From Escherichia coli (GTDB lineage: Bacteria; Pseudomonadota; Gammaproteobacteria; Enterobacterales; Enterobacteriaceae), in assembly GCF_002854065.1 (NCBI RefSeq), contig NZ_CP024153.1: a DNA stretch of 64,000 nucleotides; one strand, given 5' to 3'. This document shows, in pieces, positions 29,861-41,250 of the stretch. Below the pieces are notes generated by a model. That model saw nothing but the letters and a program-made list of their open reading frames with translations, did no database searches and was not told the DNA's origin. Both the position numbers and the translations under genes were made by a program. Each line of letters begins with the position of its first letter. Within the stretch, counting starts at the first letter, position 1.

Positions 29861-31036
29861 TCAGTTAAGGGTGGCGCTGGAGGTCATGGCAACGGTTTTG
29901 GCGTTAACCGGCATACCCGGCATAAACACTTTTTGTAAGCCGTCGACGATGACGCTATCCCCAGGATTCAACCCCTTCTGAACGATGCGTAAACCGTCTG
30001 CCAGCCGCCCTGGGGTAATGTCGCGGCGCTGTGCTTTACCATCTTTATCAACGATATAGACGTATTTACGATCCTGATCGGTCAGTACCGCTTTGTCGTC
30101 GATCAGCGTGGCTTTGAACTCTGCGCTGCCCGGCAGACGCACGCGGGCAAACAGCCCCGGCGTGAACAGACGCTGCGAGTTATCCAGCAGCGCACGCATG
30201 CGGATGGTGCCGGTACTCGGCGTTAACTGATTATCGAGAAAATCCACTTTGCCCTGGTGGGGGTAACCCTCCTCGCCCACCAGGCCAATCTCCACCGGGA
30301 GCGCCTGATTATCGCTGGACGCGCCTTGCCCGCGGCGGGCGAGGTTTTGATAGTGGAGGTAGGTTGACTCGTCGACGTCAAAGTAGACGTACACCGTCTT
30401 TTGCGAGACCAGGGTGGTGAGCACGCTGGCGGTGTCGCCCGCGGTGACCAGGTTACCGCTGGTGATCAGCGCCCGGCTGGCGCGGCCGTCAATAGGGGCG
30501 GTCACTTTGGTGAAGTCGAGGTTAAGCTGCGCGGCATCCACCGCCGCCTGCGCGGCGCGAATGTCGGCCTGCGCCTGAACCGCGGCTGACCGGCGCTGCT
30601 CCCACTCTTCACGGGAGACGAGGTTGGTATGGACTAATTTATCGGTGCGGTTCGCCTCGCTTTGCGCGAGGCTGGCCTGCGTTTTGGCTCTTGCCAACGC
30701 CGCCTGCGCCTGCTCCAGCGCGGCGCGATAGGTTCTGTCATCTATCGTGAACAGCACCTGGCCCTTTTTTACCTCCTGGCCGTCAGTGTAATTCACTTTA
30801 TCAATGTATCCCGAGACGCGAGGGCGAAGCTGAACGCTCTCCACCGCTTCAATGCGACCGTTAAAACTATCCCACTGACTGATCGACTTCACCAGCACCT
30901 TAGCGGCGCTGACCGTCGGGGCGGGAGGCGCAGCATTCTGTGCGACGCTGTCGTCGCAGCCGACGAGCAGAAAGGAGAGCATCATCGCGCCGAGCGCGGT
31001 CAGGTGAATGTTTCCCCAGGTTTTTTGCAGGCTCAT
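29861..31036 (-). CDS. oqxA: RND efflux membrane fusion protein OqxA
   Basis: 391-aa ORF with lipoprotein signal (LVGC), directly upstream of oqxB. Confidence 0.93.
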   Translation of the reverse strand: MSLQKTWGNIHLTALGAMMLSFLLVGCDDSVAQNAAPPAPTVSAAKVLVKSISQWDSFNGRIEAVESVQLRPRVSGYIDKVNYTDGQEVKKGQVLFTIDDRTYRAALEQAQAALARAKTQASLAQSEANRTDKLVHTNLVSREEWEQRRSAAVQAQADIRAAQAAVDAAQLNLDFTKVTAPIDGRASRALITSGNLVTAGDTASVLTTLVSQKTVYVYFDVDESTYLHYQNLARRGQGASSDNQALPVEIGLVGEEGYPHQGKVDFLDNQLTPSTGTIRMRALLDNSQRLFTPGLFARVRLPGSAEFKATLIDDKAVLTDQDRKYVYIVDKDGKAQRRDITPGRLADGLRIVQKGLNPGDSVIVDGLQKVFMPGMPVNAKTVAMTSSATLN

Positions 31037-31292
31037 TATTTTTATTCCGGTAAATGTAGCCGCCGGGCAAGACGCAGCGTGAGAAGCCGCGCCACTTCCT
31101 TTGTCCGGGCTGGCTTAAGGCCATTTGTGTCGATCATCGCCACAAAACTGTAACAATTTCGAATACACTATCGCGGCGATTGTAGGAAGGCGCTTAACTA
31201 AGTGCAAGAATAATTGTTGCACTTTATGTGCGGTCCAGGGGGGGGATAAAAAACCGCGATCCCGGCGTGGATTTAAATGTAACAATAAAACT

Positions 31293-32112
31293 GGCACTGT
31301 TGCAAATAGTCGGTGGTGATAAACTTATCATCCCCTTTTGCTGATGGAGCTGCACATGAACCCATTCAAAGGCCGGCATTTTCAGCGTGACATCATTCTG
31401 TGGGCCGTACGCTGGTACTGCAAATACGGCATCAGTTACCGTGAGCTGCAGGAGATGCTGGCTGAACGCGGAGTGAATGTCGATCACTCCACGATTTACC
31501 GCTGGGTTCAGCGTTATGCGCCTGAAATGGAAAAACGGCTGCGCTGGTACTGGCGTAACCCTTCCGATCTTTGCCCGTGGCACATGGATGAAACCTACGT
31601 GAAGGTCAATGGCCGCTGGGCGTATCTGTACCGGGCCGTCGACAGCCGGGGCCGCACTGTCGATTTTTATCTCTCCTCCCGTCGTAACAGCAAAGCTGCA
31701 TACCGGTTTCTGGGTAAAATCCTCAACAACGTGAAGAAGTGGCAGATCCCACGATTCATCAACACGGATAAAGCGCCCGCCTATGGTCGCGCGCTTGCTC
31801 TGCTCAAACGCGAAGGCCGGTGCCCGTCTGACGTTGAACACCGACAGATTAAGTACCGGAACAACGTGATTGAATGCGATCATGGCAAACTGAAACGGAT
31901 AATCAACGCCACGCTGGGATTTAAATCCATGAAGACGGCTTACGCCACCATCAAAGGTATTGAGGTGATGCGTGCACTACGCAAAGGCCAGGCCTCAGCA
32001 TTTTATTATGGTGATCCCCTGGGCGAAATGCGCCTGGTAAGCAGAGTTTTTGAAATGTAAGGCCTTTGAATAAGACAAAAGGCTGCCTCATCGCTAACTT
32101 TGCAACAGTGCC
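31293..32112 (+). mobile_element. IS26 (820 bp, complete, Asn184 allele)
   Basis: terminal inverted repeats at 31293 and 32112; direct orientation with the copy at 25277, bracketing oqxR-oqxBA. Confidence 0.97.
31356..32060 (+). CDS. tnpA: IS26 transposase, Gly184Asn allele
   Basis: ...RIINATLGF... Confidence 0.95.
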   Translation: MNPFKGRHFQRDIILWAVRWYCKYGISYRELQEMLAERGVNVDHSTIYRWVQRYAPEMEKRLRWYWRNPSDLCPWHMDETYVKVNGRWAYLYRAVDSRGRTVDFYLSSRRNSKAAYRFLGKILNNVKKWQIPRFINTDKAPAYGRALALLKREGRCPSDVEHRQIKYRNNVIECDHGKLKRIINATLGFKSMKTAYATIKGIEVMRALRKGQASAFYYGDPLGEMRLVSRVFEM

Positions 32113-32196
32113 CTCCCGATTAACTGGCAGATGACACGCCTCCTGAAAACCCCTAGCATACGCCGCAGTGTTCATGCTAACGGCGAATTCCAGTAA

Positions 32197-32934
32197 ATGT
32201 ATTCTACCGATGTCGTAAAAGAAAATGCTTACCTTTCAGCCACCCGCTCGGGGCTGGAATCGAACGAGATCGCTATCCTTCAGCGCTCTTTGCCTTCCCG
32301 CTTTAATCTTCGGCATTTGAAAAAAAATGAATCATTAAAACTCGTACTGCAAAAGAAAGCGGGAAAATCACGTGTAGTGGCTTATAAATTTACGTCCGGC
32401 TCATTTAATTACACGGCGTATCGTATATCAGACAAAAAGTTCTATAATCTTTCCGATACTTCCGGGAAAGGCAGTCTCGATTATCCGTTACCAGCCACAG
32501 CAAGACTCAGTTCACCTTTCAATCCTGCAAGACTTAACCCGGTATCGGGAAAAGTGAGTCCCCATAATGGCATTGATTATTCCATGCCCATGAACACGAA
32601 AATAGTCAGCGTCATCGACGGAAAAATCACCCGGGCCGAATACAACAGTACCATGGGATATTTTGTTGAAGTAACGGGAAAAGCCGGTGTTAAAACTCGC
32701 TATCTCCACCTCAATAAAATACTCGTTACTAAAGGGGCCAGAGTTACCCGGGGAGGTGCTATTGCGTTATCCGGTAACAGCGGACGTTCATCCGGTCCTC
32801 ATTTACATTATGAGCTGGTCATCAATAACAATCCTGTTAATTCACTGGCGTTCCGGGCATCGGCACCCGCTGATAACAAACTCGAACAGCATGCCTTTGC
32901 GCATGCCAGAGACTACGAACGATACCTGGACTGA
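32197..32934 (+). CDS. M23-family metallopeptidase (LytM domain) protein
   Basis: 245-aa ORF with HNGIDY...and GNSGRSSGPHLHYE motifs typical of peptidase M23. Confidence 0.75.
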   Translation: MYSTDVVKENAYLSATRSGLESNEIAILQRSLPSRFNLRHLKKNESLKLVLQKKAGKSRVVAYKFTSGSFNYTAYRISDKKFYNLSDTSGKGSLDYPLPATARLSSPFNPARLNPVSGKVSPHNGIDYSMPMNTKIVSVIDGKITRAEYNSTMGYFVEVTGKAGVKTRYLHLNKILVTKGARVTRGGAIALSGNSGRSSGPHLHYELVINNNPVNSLAFRASAPADNKLEQHAFAHARDYERYLD

Positions 32935-32967
32935 TAACGGGACCGCGACGCGGCCCCGTTTGCCGGA

Positions 32968-33165
32968 TTAATTTTTTTTATTGTTTTCACTTCCGTGATG
33001 TTGGTGATCCCCATGCCCTCCGTGGCCGTGGAAAAGATGCATTAGCGGGCAGACCAGCAATAACAGATATGGCCAGTAACCTGCCACATGTGACCAGTGT
33101 TCTCGCAGGAGGGCAAATGCCGCGATCGCGGCGACAGCAATAAGCGCATAGGTGGTACTTTTCAT
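32968..33165 (-). CDS. small membrane protein with His-rich C-terminus (HGHGGHGDHQHHG)
   Basis: 65-aa ORF downstream of silP; hydrophobic N-terminus, metal-binding-like His cluster. Confidence 0.5.
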   Translation of the reverse strand: MKSTTYALIAVAAIAAFALLREHWSHVAGYWPYLLLLVCPLMHLFHGHGGHGDHQHHGSENNKKN

Positions 33166-33205
33166 ACTGGACTCCTTCTGTTCATAACAGACCCTTCACT
33201 CAGTG

Positions 33206-35683
33206 TTATTTCCCGAGCCTGACACTTTTCAGACGCAACGCATTCACAATGACGCTGACGGAAGAAAGAGCCATGGCCGCCGCCGCAATAACTGGCGACA
33301 GCAGTATTCCATACACAGGATAAAGCAGGCCTGCAGCCACCGGCACACCAAGTGCGTTGTAGATAAATGCAAAAAACAGATTCTGTCGGATATTTTTCAT
33401 GGTGATCTCTGACAGATGACGGGCCCTGTTCAGTATCATCAGGTCGCCTTTGAGAAGGGTGACTCCGGCACTTTCAATTGCCACATCTGTACCCGTTCCC
33501 ATGGCTATTCCCACGTCAGCCGCTGCCAGCGCCGGGGCATCATTCACACCGTCTCCGGCCATCGCAACCACATGGCCAGACGCTTTCAGTCGGGTTATCA
33601 CTGCTTTTTTGCCATCCGGCAGAATCCCGGCTTCAACCTCATCTATTCCCAGTTTCCGTGCGACTGCTTCAGCGGTAAGCTGGTTATCCCCGGTGAGCAT
33701 AACGATGCGGATCCCCGCCTGACGCAACGCTTTAAGTGCATCCGGCGTGGTTGCTTTCACGGGATCCGAGATAGCTATCAGGCCTGCAAGGTACCCATCT
33801 GTGGCCACATAGATAACGGTAGCGCCTTCCATCCGCAACTTATCCGCAACGGCCTTTTGATTATCAATAACGATACTGTTTTCCTGCATAGCCAGTTCAT
33901 TACCAATAACAACCCGTTGACCTTCAACATCGCCTGAAACACCTTTCCCCGACGGAGCATTGAAATCACTGACTGCGGGTATCATGATCCCCCTGTGCTG
34001 GGCTGCCCGGACTACAGCCATACCCAGCGGATGCTGCGAGCCTTTTTCCACTGCGGCCGCTACACGTAAAAGAGATGCTTCCCCACCCGGATTGAGACTG
34101 ATAATCCCTGTCACCGTAGGCGAACCTTCCGTGAGCGTGCCTGTTTTGTCGACAACCAGCGTGTCCACTTTTTCAAGACGCTCAAGGGCTTCGGCATTCC
34201 TGATTAACACCCCGGCCTGGGCTCCTTTGCCTACCCCCACCATTATCGACATCGGTGTGGCCAGCCCCAGTGCGCAGGGGCAGGCAATAATCAGGACCGA
34301 CACAGCCGCAATCAGACCGTGCGCCATCCTGGGCTCGGGCCCCCAGACAGACCAGATCACGAAAGCAACAACCGCGATAAGTATCACCAGAGGAACAAAC
34401 CAGCCTGAAACGCTGTCAGCCATTCTCTGGATGGGGGCACGCGAACGCTGTGCATCAGCGACCATCTGAACAATTCGTGAGAGCATCGTTTCATCACCGA
34501 CTTTCTCTGCACGGATGATAAGACTACCTGTCTGATTAATCGTCCCCCCAATGACAGGGTCATCCTTCGTTTTGGTAACCGGCATAGACTCCCCGGTCAC
34601 CATCGATTCATCAACGGTTGTTTTGCCTTCGATCACGATACCGTCGACCGGAATACTCTCTCCAGGTCTGATGCGGAGCTTATCGCCAGGCAGGACATCT
34701 TCCGCATTAATATCCGTTTCATGACCGTCATGATCCAGCCGTCTGGCGGTTTTGGGGGCAAGGTTCAGAAGCGCAGTAATGGCGCCTGAGGTTTGTTCCC
34801 GTGCCCGCAGCTCAAGAACCTGTCCCAGCAGAACAAGCACCGTAATAACTGCTGCGGCTTCAAAATAAACGGCCACCAGGCCATCCATGTTTCTGAACGA
34901 TGCAGGAAACCAGGAGGGGAAGACGGTTGCAATGACGCTGTAAACCCAGGCTACGCCGGTCCCCATTGCAACAAGGGTAAACATATTCAGGGAGCGGTTA
35001 CGTAACGACATTCCGGCCCGGGCGAAGAATGGCCAGCCACACCACAACACGACAGGGGAGGCCAGAAGCAACTGCAGCCATGTGTTGTACTGTGGCGGTA
35101 CTGTATTCCTCAAGTCGGGAAACAGATGAGATCCCATTTCGAGTACCAGAACCGGAAACGCCAGCAACAACCCCAGCCAGAAGCGTCTTGTCATGTCGTG
35201 AAGTTCATCACTCGGCCCCGTGGATGCCGTAGCTACGAGCGGCTCCAGTGCCATTCCACAGACAGGACAGCTTCCGGGACCACTGCGGCGTATCTCCGGG
35301 TGCATCGGACATGTCCACACACCTTCAGAATTCTCTTTTTCCGCCTGGTGGTGAGGCTGTTTTATCTGATCAGGGCTGACTTCGTGATGATCGTGGTGAT
35401 GGTGATGGGAATGTTCACTGGCATCTTCGGTAAGATAACGATCGGGATGGGCTTTAAATTTACTCTCACAGCTGGCGGAGCAGAAATAAAGTTGATGGTC
35501 CTGGTATCGAATGCTGCTGTGCGCCCTGTCGGGCAGGATGGCCATCCCGCACACGGGATCTCTCACCTTATGCAATACGTGGCCCTCGTCCGGGGATAAT
35601 GTCTGCTCAGAAGCAGTCTGGTTGTTGTGTTGCACTGCATTGTTATTTTTCACTGTAACTCTCCTTATGCATATCTGAAGCAT
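33206..35683 (-). CDS. silP: Ag+/Cu+ P1B-type ATPase SilP
   Basis: 825-aa ORF with His-rich N-terminus, CPC and DKTGT motifs. Confidence 0.9.
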   Translation of the reverse strand: MLQICIRRVTVKNNNAVQHNNQTASEQTLSPDEGHVLHKVRDPVCGMAILPDRAHSSIRYQDHQLYFCSASCESKFKAHPDRYLTEDASEHSHHHHHDHHEVSPDQIKQPHHQAEKENSEGVWTCPMHPEIRRSGPGSCPVCGMALEPLVATASTGPSDELHDMTRRFWLGLLLAFPVLVLEMGSHLFPDLRNTVPPQYNTWLQLLLASPVVLWCGWPFFARAGMSLRNRSLNMFTLVAMGTGVAWVYSVIATVFPSWFPASFRNMDGLVAVYFEAAAVITVLVLLGQVLELRAREQTSGAITALLNLAPKTARRLDHDGHETDINAEDVLPGDKLRIRPGESIPVDGIVIEGKTTVDESMVTGESMPVTKTKDDPVIGGTINQTGSLIIRAEKVGDETMLSRIVQMVADAQRSRAPIQRMADSVSGWFVPLVILIAVVAFVIWSVWGPEPRMAHGLIAAVSVLIIACPCALGLATPMSIMVGVGKGAQAGVLIRNAEALERLEKVDTLVVDKTGTLTEGSPTVTGIISLNPGGEASLLRVAAAVEKGSQHPLGMAVVRAAQHRGIMIPAVSDFNAPSGKGVSGDVEGQRVVIGNELAMQENSIVIDNQKAVADKLRMEGATVIYVATDGYLAGLIAISDPVKATTPDALKALRQAGIRIVMLTGDNQLTAEAVARKLGIDEVEAGILPDGKKAVITRLKASGHVVAMAGDGVNDAPALAAADVGIAMGTGTDVAIESAGVTLLKGDLMILNRARHLSEITMKNIRQNLFFAFIYNALGVPVAAGLLYPVYGILLSPVIAAAAMALSSVSVIVNALRLKSVRLGK

Positions 35684-35779
35684 TTTTGTCTTCAGGGTAT
35701 GTCATGGATGCGATTACCACGAATATCGCCGGCACAGGAGTGCCTGCTACCGGCGTCCCGTTATCAGCCGTTCCGCTGA

Positions 35780-36226
35780 CTATTCGATTCGCTGGAAGAC
35801 TTTTTTACTTCCATCCGGTGAGAATGCGATAACATCGTAAGCCTCTTTTCGGGCTCCCATCTCCATTCCAGGACTTCCTGCTGGCATACCGGGGGTGGCG
35901 AGACCGTATATACCCGAACCAGACTGCATTGCCTTATGTATCGTTGTCGCAGGCACATGGCCTTCAATGATCAAATTACCGGCAACCGCGGTATGACAAC
36001 TTCGTAGTCCTGCAGGAATAGCATGCTTTTCTTTCAGGGCTGACAGCGCCTGATCATTCATGATGTGAGTTCGTACTTCAAACCCGTCTTTTTCCATCGC
36101 TTTGCCCCACAGGGAACAACAGCCACAGTTTTCAGATTTGTACATATCAATCACTTTTTCACTCGCCATCGCGGGTAGTGAAAGGCCGAGAGCCAGCGCT
36201 ATTAGAACCACTTTTTTCATACTCAC
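35780..36226 (-). CDS. periplasmic DUF411-type metal-binding protein between silA and silP
   Basis: 148-aa ORF with signal peptide and Cys/Met-rich motifs. Confidence 0.7.
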   Translation of the reverse strand: MSMKKVVLIALALGLSLPAMASEKVIDMYKSENCGCCSLWGKAMEKDGFEVRTHIMNDQALSALKEKHAIPAGLRSCHTAVAGNLIIEGHVPATTIHKAMQSGSGIYGLATPGMPAGSPGMEMGARKEAYDVIAFSPDGSKKVFQRIE

Positions 36227-36306
36227 CTCTGTATATTATCGATATAAACCCTGACGTCAGGGTGAATCAGTAAAGAAGGACACCCACAGGGGGTGCCCTT
36301 TCAGGT

Positions 36307-39300
36307 TCAGGACACGCTTTTTTTATGTCTGCGCAGCCAGATTAATTTGTAGGCGGCAGGAATAATGAACAGGGACAGCAGCGGAGCCGTGATCATCCCA
36401 CCAATCATGGGTGCCGCGATACGGCTCATGACTTCTGAACCTGCACCGGTTCCCCAGAGTATTGGCAGCAGACCCGCAATGATCACCGCCACGGTCATGG
36501 CTTTCGGCCGGACACGCAGTACGGCACCATGATAGAGGGCTTCATCAAGGCCTTCCGGTGTGAACGTCTCTTTACGGGACAATTCCGGGTGCGCTTCAAT
36601 GGCATGACGCAGATACATCAGCATGACCACGCCAAACTCTGCTGCCACCCCGGCCAGGGCGATAAACCCGGTGCCGGTTGCGACAGACATATGGAAGCCC
36701 TGCCAGTACAGGAACCATATCCCGCCTACCAGCGCAAACGGCAGGCTCATCAGAATAAGTAAGGCCTCATCAGCCCGGCGGAATGCCAGATACAACAGGA
36801 TGAAGATGATCATCACCGTCATCGGCACCATCAGCTTCAGTTTCTTGTTGGCATGCTCAAGCAGTTCAAACTGTCCGGAGAATGACACGCTGGTACCCGG
36901 TCTCAGTTTCACTTTCTGACTGATCGCCGTTTTAATGTCATTAACCACCGACACCATATCCCTGCCGCGCGCGTCAATGTAAATCCAGCTGGCTGGACGG
37001 GCATTTTCGGTTTTCAGCATGGTTGGTCCGGAAACGACCTTAATATCGGCAACATCGCCCAGCGTAATTTGCTGCTTCATTGGGGTCAGGATTGGCATCT
37101 CTCTCAACGCCTGCGGACTGTTACGGTAATCCTGCGGATAGCGAATGTTAATAGGGTACCGGGCCACGCCTTCAACCGTCTCACCCACCATAGCCCCACC
37201 GATTGCTGAAGAGACGAACAGCTGGACGTCGCCCACAGTCATCCCGTACCGGGAAGCTTTTTCCCGGTTAATGTCCACATCAATATAACGTCCACCTTCC
37301 AGTCGTTCAGCCAGTGCGGAAACCACACCAGGTACGGTTTTAGCGACTGCTTCGATACTCTGTGCTGTTACATCGATATCCGACAGAACAGTACCCGATA
37401 CCTTAATACCTATCGGACTTTTAATGCCGGTTGAGAGCATATCAATACGGTTACGGATAGGCGGTACCCAGAGGTTGGCCAGACCCGGTAAACGGACGGT
37501 CCTGTCGAGTTCTTCAATAATCTTGTCAATCGTCATGCCTGGACGCCACTGATCCTCAGGTTTCAGTTGGATGGTGGTTTCCATCATTTCGAGCGGAGCA
37601 GAATCCGTGGCGGTCTCAGCCTTACCGGTCTTGCCAAAAACTGAGGCCACTTCAGGCACCGTTTTGATTAGTTTGTCCGTGGTCTGTAAGAGCGCAGCAG
37701 CTTCTCCAGGAGACACGCCAGGTAACGTTGACGGCATATACAACAGGTCACCTTCGTTAATCTTCGGTAAAAACTCGCCGCCCACCTGACTCAGTGGCCA
37801 GATAACAGTGAAAATGGATAAAGCCGCAACCAGCAGGGTTGTTTTTGGCCAGTGTAGTACCCTGAGCAGTAACGGGTGATACGCTTTAATCAGCAACCGG
37901 TTCAGTGGGTTACTGGTCTCAGCAGGAATTTTCCCGCGGATCCAGAACCCCATCAGAATAGGGATAACAATGATTGCCAGTATGGCTGCACCCGCCATGG
38001 AATACGTTTTTGTAAAGGCCAGCGGACCAAACAGACGCCCTTCCTGCCCTTCCAGGGTAAAAATAGGAATGAACGATAATGTGATAATCAGCAGGCTGAT
38101 AAACAGCGCTGGACCCACTTCAACGGAGGCGTCAGTGATAACCTTCCAGCGGGTGGCATTATCAATCTGTTCCCCGGGATGCTGATGGTCCCACTCCTCA
38201 AGCCGTTTATGCGCGTTTTCGATCATGACGATGGCGGCATCCACCATCGCTCCGACGGCTATTGCAATCCCTCCCAGCGACATAATGTTGGCATTCAGCC
38301 CCTGGAAGTGCATGACGATAAAGGCGATACACAGGCCAAGTGGCAGAGAAATAATCGCCACCAGGGCAGAACGGACATGCCAGAGGAACAGTGCGCAAAC
38401 GACAGCAACAACGATAAACTCTTCAAGAAGCTTGTAACTGAGGTTGTCAATCGCACGATCGATTAACTGGCTGCGATCGTATGTCGTTACGATCTCCACT
38501 CCTTCAGGCAGGCTTGCCTTCAGCGTGTCCAGTTTATCCCTCACCGCCGTAATGACTTCGCGTGCATTTTTGCCCGAACGCAGGATCACCACTCCGCCAG
38601 CGACTTCGCCCTGACCGTTAAGCTCAGCGATACCACGCCGCATTTCCGGTCCCATTTGTATGCGGGCAACATCACGCAGGTAAACAGGTACTCCATTTTC
38701 CCCCGTTTTCAGGACGATATTTTTGAAATCATCAATAGTCTGAAGATAACCGCTGGCCCGGACCATATACTCTGACTCAGCAATTTCAACAGATGAGCCA
38801 CCGGCTTCCTGGTTAGATGAGCTAAGAGCTTGTTTTACTTCTGGCAGACTGATGCCGTACTGCGTCAGTTTTACCGGGTCAAGCTGGATCTGATACTGCT
38901 TAACCACGCCGCCTACGGATGCAACTTCAGCGACATTAGGAATGGTTTTCAGCTCAAACTTCAGGAACCAGTCCTGCAGAGAACGCAGTTCTGAAAGGTC
39001 GTGTTTTCCGCTGCGATCGACAAGGGCATATTCAAAAATCCAGCCCACACCCGTGGCATCAGGACCGATTTCAGAACTCACACCAGCAGGCAGTTTTCCC
39101 TGAACCTGATTCAGATACTCCAGCACGCGAGAGCGCGCCCAGTACAGATCGGTGCCGTCTTCAAAAATGACATACACATACGAATCCCCGAACTGTGAAA
39201 AACCACGCACGGTTTTTGCGCCAGGCACGGACAACATGGTGGTGGTAAGCGGATAGGTGACCTGGTTTTCTACAATCTGCGGGGCCTGGCCGGGATAGCT

Positions 39301-39453
39301 GGTTTTGATAATGACCTGCACATCTGACAGGTCAGGCAAGGCATCTACCGGCGTGTTAATAATCGTCCATGTTCCCCAGATGCTGAGAAACAGGGCCCCC
39401 ATCATGACCAGGAAACGGTTGGCGACAGAGCGCCGGATAATCCATTCAATCAT
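36307..39453 (-). CDS. silA: RND heavy-metal efflux pump SilA (CusA-like)
   Basis: 1048-aa ORF, 12-TM RND architecture. Confidence 0.92.
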   Translation of the reverse strand: MIEWIIRRSVANRFLVMMGALFLSIWGTWTIINTPVDALPDLSDVQVIIKTSYPGQAPQIVENQVTYPLTTTMLSVPGAKTVRGFSQFGDSYVYVIFEDGTDLYWARSRVLEYLNQVQGKLPAGVSSEIGPDATGVGWIFEYALVDRSGKHDLSELRSLQDWFLKFELKTIPNVAEVASVGGVVKQYQIQLDPVKLTQYGISLPEVKQALSSSNQEAGGSSVEIAESEYMVRASGYLQTIDDFKNIVLKTGENGVPVYLRDVARIQMGPEMRRGIAELNGQGEVAGGVVILRSGKNAREVITAVRDKLDTLKASLPEGVEIVTTYDRSQLIDRAIDNLSYKLLEEFIVVAVVCALFLWHVRSALVAIISLPLGLCIAFIVMHFQGLNANIMSLGGIAIAVGAMVDAAIVMIENAHKRLEEWDHQHPGEQIDNATRWKVITDASVEVGPALFISLLIITLSFIPIFTLEGQEGRLFGPLAFTKTYSMAGAAILAIIVIPILMGFWIRGKIPAETSNPLNRLLIKAYHPLLLRVLHWPKTTLLVAALSIFTVIWPLSQVGGEFLPKINEGDLLYMPSTLPGVSPGEAAALLQTTDKLIKTVPEVASVFGKTGKAETATDSAPLEMMETTIQLKPEDQWRPGMTIDKIIEELDRTVRLPGLANLWVPPIRNRIDMLSTGIKSPIGIKVSGTVLSDIDVTAQSIEAVAKTVPGVVSALAERLEGGRYIDVDINREKASRYGMTVGDVQLFVSSAIGGAMVGETVEGVARYPINIRYPQDYRNSPQALREMPILTPMKQQITLGDVADIKVVSGPTMLKTENARPASWIYIDARGRDMVSVVNDIKTAISQKVKLRPGTSVSFSGQFELLEHANKKLKLMVPMTVMIIFILLYLAFRRADEALLILMSLPFALVGGIWFLYWQGFHMSVATGTGFIALAGVAAEFGVVMLMYLRHAIEAHPELSRKETFTPEGLDEALYHGAVLRVRPKAMTVAVIIAGLLPILWGTGAGSEVMSRIAAPMIGGMITAPLLSLFIIPAAYKLIWLRRHKKSVS

Positions 39454-39463
39454 CGTCGTCTCC

Positions 39464-40756
39464 TCAGTGCCCTGAATGCATATTTACAGGCTGGTCAGAC
39501 ATTGCTGGCATACTGCTTTTTGTTTTTTCAGGGTGGCGCATACGTTCCAGCGCGCCCGTAATATTGGCTTCGGAGTCAATGAGGAACAGGCCACTGACCA
39601 CCACGGTATCGCCTTCATTCAGGCCGGAGCCGATGCCGGACTGTTGCTGTGATTCATGCAGAACGTGGATCTGTTTCGGCACAAACTTGCCTTCATCATC
39701 AACAGTAATCACGCGCTGTTCTTTGCCGGTATCGATAACGGCCTGGCTTGGTATCAGCAGCATCTCCTGGCTTCTGGTATTCAGTTTCAGATAGGCATTC
39801 ATGCCCGGCTTGAGAAACTCATCCTTATTAGAAACCTGGAGACGGACCTGAAGCGTACGGGTTATCTGATCCACGCTGGGAAGAATATTCCATTTTTCGA
39901 CATGGAATGTTTTATCCGGATAAGCCGGTACCGAAATTTCAAACTGCGACGTATCTTTCAGCAGATAGGCGATAGATTCTGGCACTGCAGCGCTGATCCA
40001 GACCGGGTCCATTCCCTGAATCTGAGCCACCACCTTATCTTTCGAAATATTCATGCCGGTGCGCAGGTCAAATGCAGTAATGACACCATCAATAGGTGCT
40101 TTAATGGTAAAACGGGTCTGAATGCTCCGGGTAGAACGCAGTCTCTGAATATCCTCTTCCGGCATACCTGCCAGGCGAAGCCGTTCCAGAACGCCTTTAA
40201 TTTGCGTGGAAGTACCACCGGTGCTGGATAACAGAAGGAATTCACTCTGTGCTTCCACCCAGTCCGGAATGGTAATATCGATAAGTGGCGTCCCCTTCTT
40301 CACATGATCGCCAATCGTCATGGGGTAGACTTTTTCGACAAACCCGTCAGAACGCGCCTGCACAATAACAAACTGATACTCGTTATAGCTGACATTAGCC
40401 GGGATTGTCTGAGAATAATTCAGCATTCCTCGCGTGACTTTTTGCGTTTTTAATCCCAGATTCTGAACCTGGGTTGGGTCGATACGGATCCCGCCACTGC
40501 TTTTATCGCCACTGTCATCAGCATATTTTGGCACCAGGTCCATATCCATAAAGGGCGATTTTCCGGGTTTATCAAATTTGGTATCCGGTTTCATCGGGTC
40601 ATACCAGAAAAGTACCTTTCGCTCCGGTGCCTTTTGTTCGGTTTGTACTGTTTTTTGTGATGAGTTTACATACTGCCAGGCAGTAACCGATATCAGCCCC
40701 CCTGCTATGAGGCTGCTGATAATTATTGCAGCATATTTTATCTTTAAAGAAGCCAT
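39464..40756 (-). CDS. silB: membrane fusion protein SilB (CusB-like)
   Basis: 430-aa ORF upstream of silA. Confidence 0.9.
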   Translation of the reverse strand: MASLKIKYAAIIISSLIAGGLISVTAWQYVNSSQKTVQTEQKAPERKVLFWYDPMKPDTKFDKPGKSPFMDMDLVPKYADDSGDKSSGGIRIDPTQVQNLGLKTQKVTRGMLNYSQTIPANVSYNEYQFVIVQARSDGFVEKVYPMTIGDHVKKGTPLIDITIPDWVEAQSEFLLLSSTGGTSTQIKGVLERLRLAGMPEEDIQRLRSTRSIQTRFTIKAPIDGVITAFDLRTGMNISKDKVVAQIQGMDPVWISAAVPESIAYLLKDTSQFEISVPAYPDKTFHVEKWNILPSVDQITRTLQVRLQVSNKDEFLKPGMNAYLKLNTRSQEMLLIPSQAVIDTGKEQRVITVDDEGKFVPKQIHVLHESQQQSGIGSGLNEGDTVVVSGLFLIDSEANITGALERMRHPEKTKSSMPAMSDQPVNMHSGH

Positions 40757-40869
40757 ACAATTTTCCGCTAAAAAATCAAAACACCTGGCATATGCGCCTG
40801 ACGGTTAACTCACACATATACCTATGTGAATGTACAGGCGCACAGGATGTAATCGCTCCGGACAGCCAA

Positions 40870-41223
40870 TCAGGACTGCGTCACGTTAATGCTTTTGAGT
40901 AAGGAGATATTGCCCTGCTGAATAAACGAGAAATCGACATGGTTGCCTGTTTTCAGGGCATTAATAGCATCGTCTGCATTAACAAAAGTAAAGCGCATGG
41001 TCATTGCAGGCCAGCCCACCGCTGGAATTGCTTCATGCGAAATGGTGATTTTCTTAGTATTCATATCAATGTCTTTAACGACACCGGTGCCCTTGATAAC
41101 TTGCTGTACCGAAGCATCACTGGCAGTATTCATATCGCCATGCTGATGTGTTTCAGCATGAAGACCGGCAGAAAACATGACAGAGAAGGCACCAAATAAA
41201 ACGGCTTTAAGTGAATTACGCAT
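40870..41223 (-). CDS. silF: periplasmic metal chaperone SilF (CusF-like)
   Basis: 117-aa ORF with signal peptide and His/Met-rich sites. Confidence 0.85.
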   Translation of the reverse strand: MRNSLKAVLFGAFSVMFSAGLHAETHQHGDMNTASDASVQQVIKGTGVVKDIDMNTKKITISHEAIPAVGWPAMTMRFTFVNADDAINALKTGNHVDFSFIQQGNISLLKSINVTQS

Positions 41224-41250
41224 TTTAATTTCCTGATTAATTAAATAAAT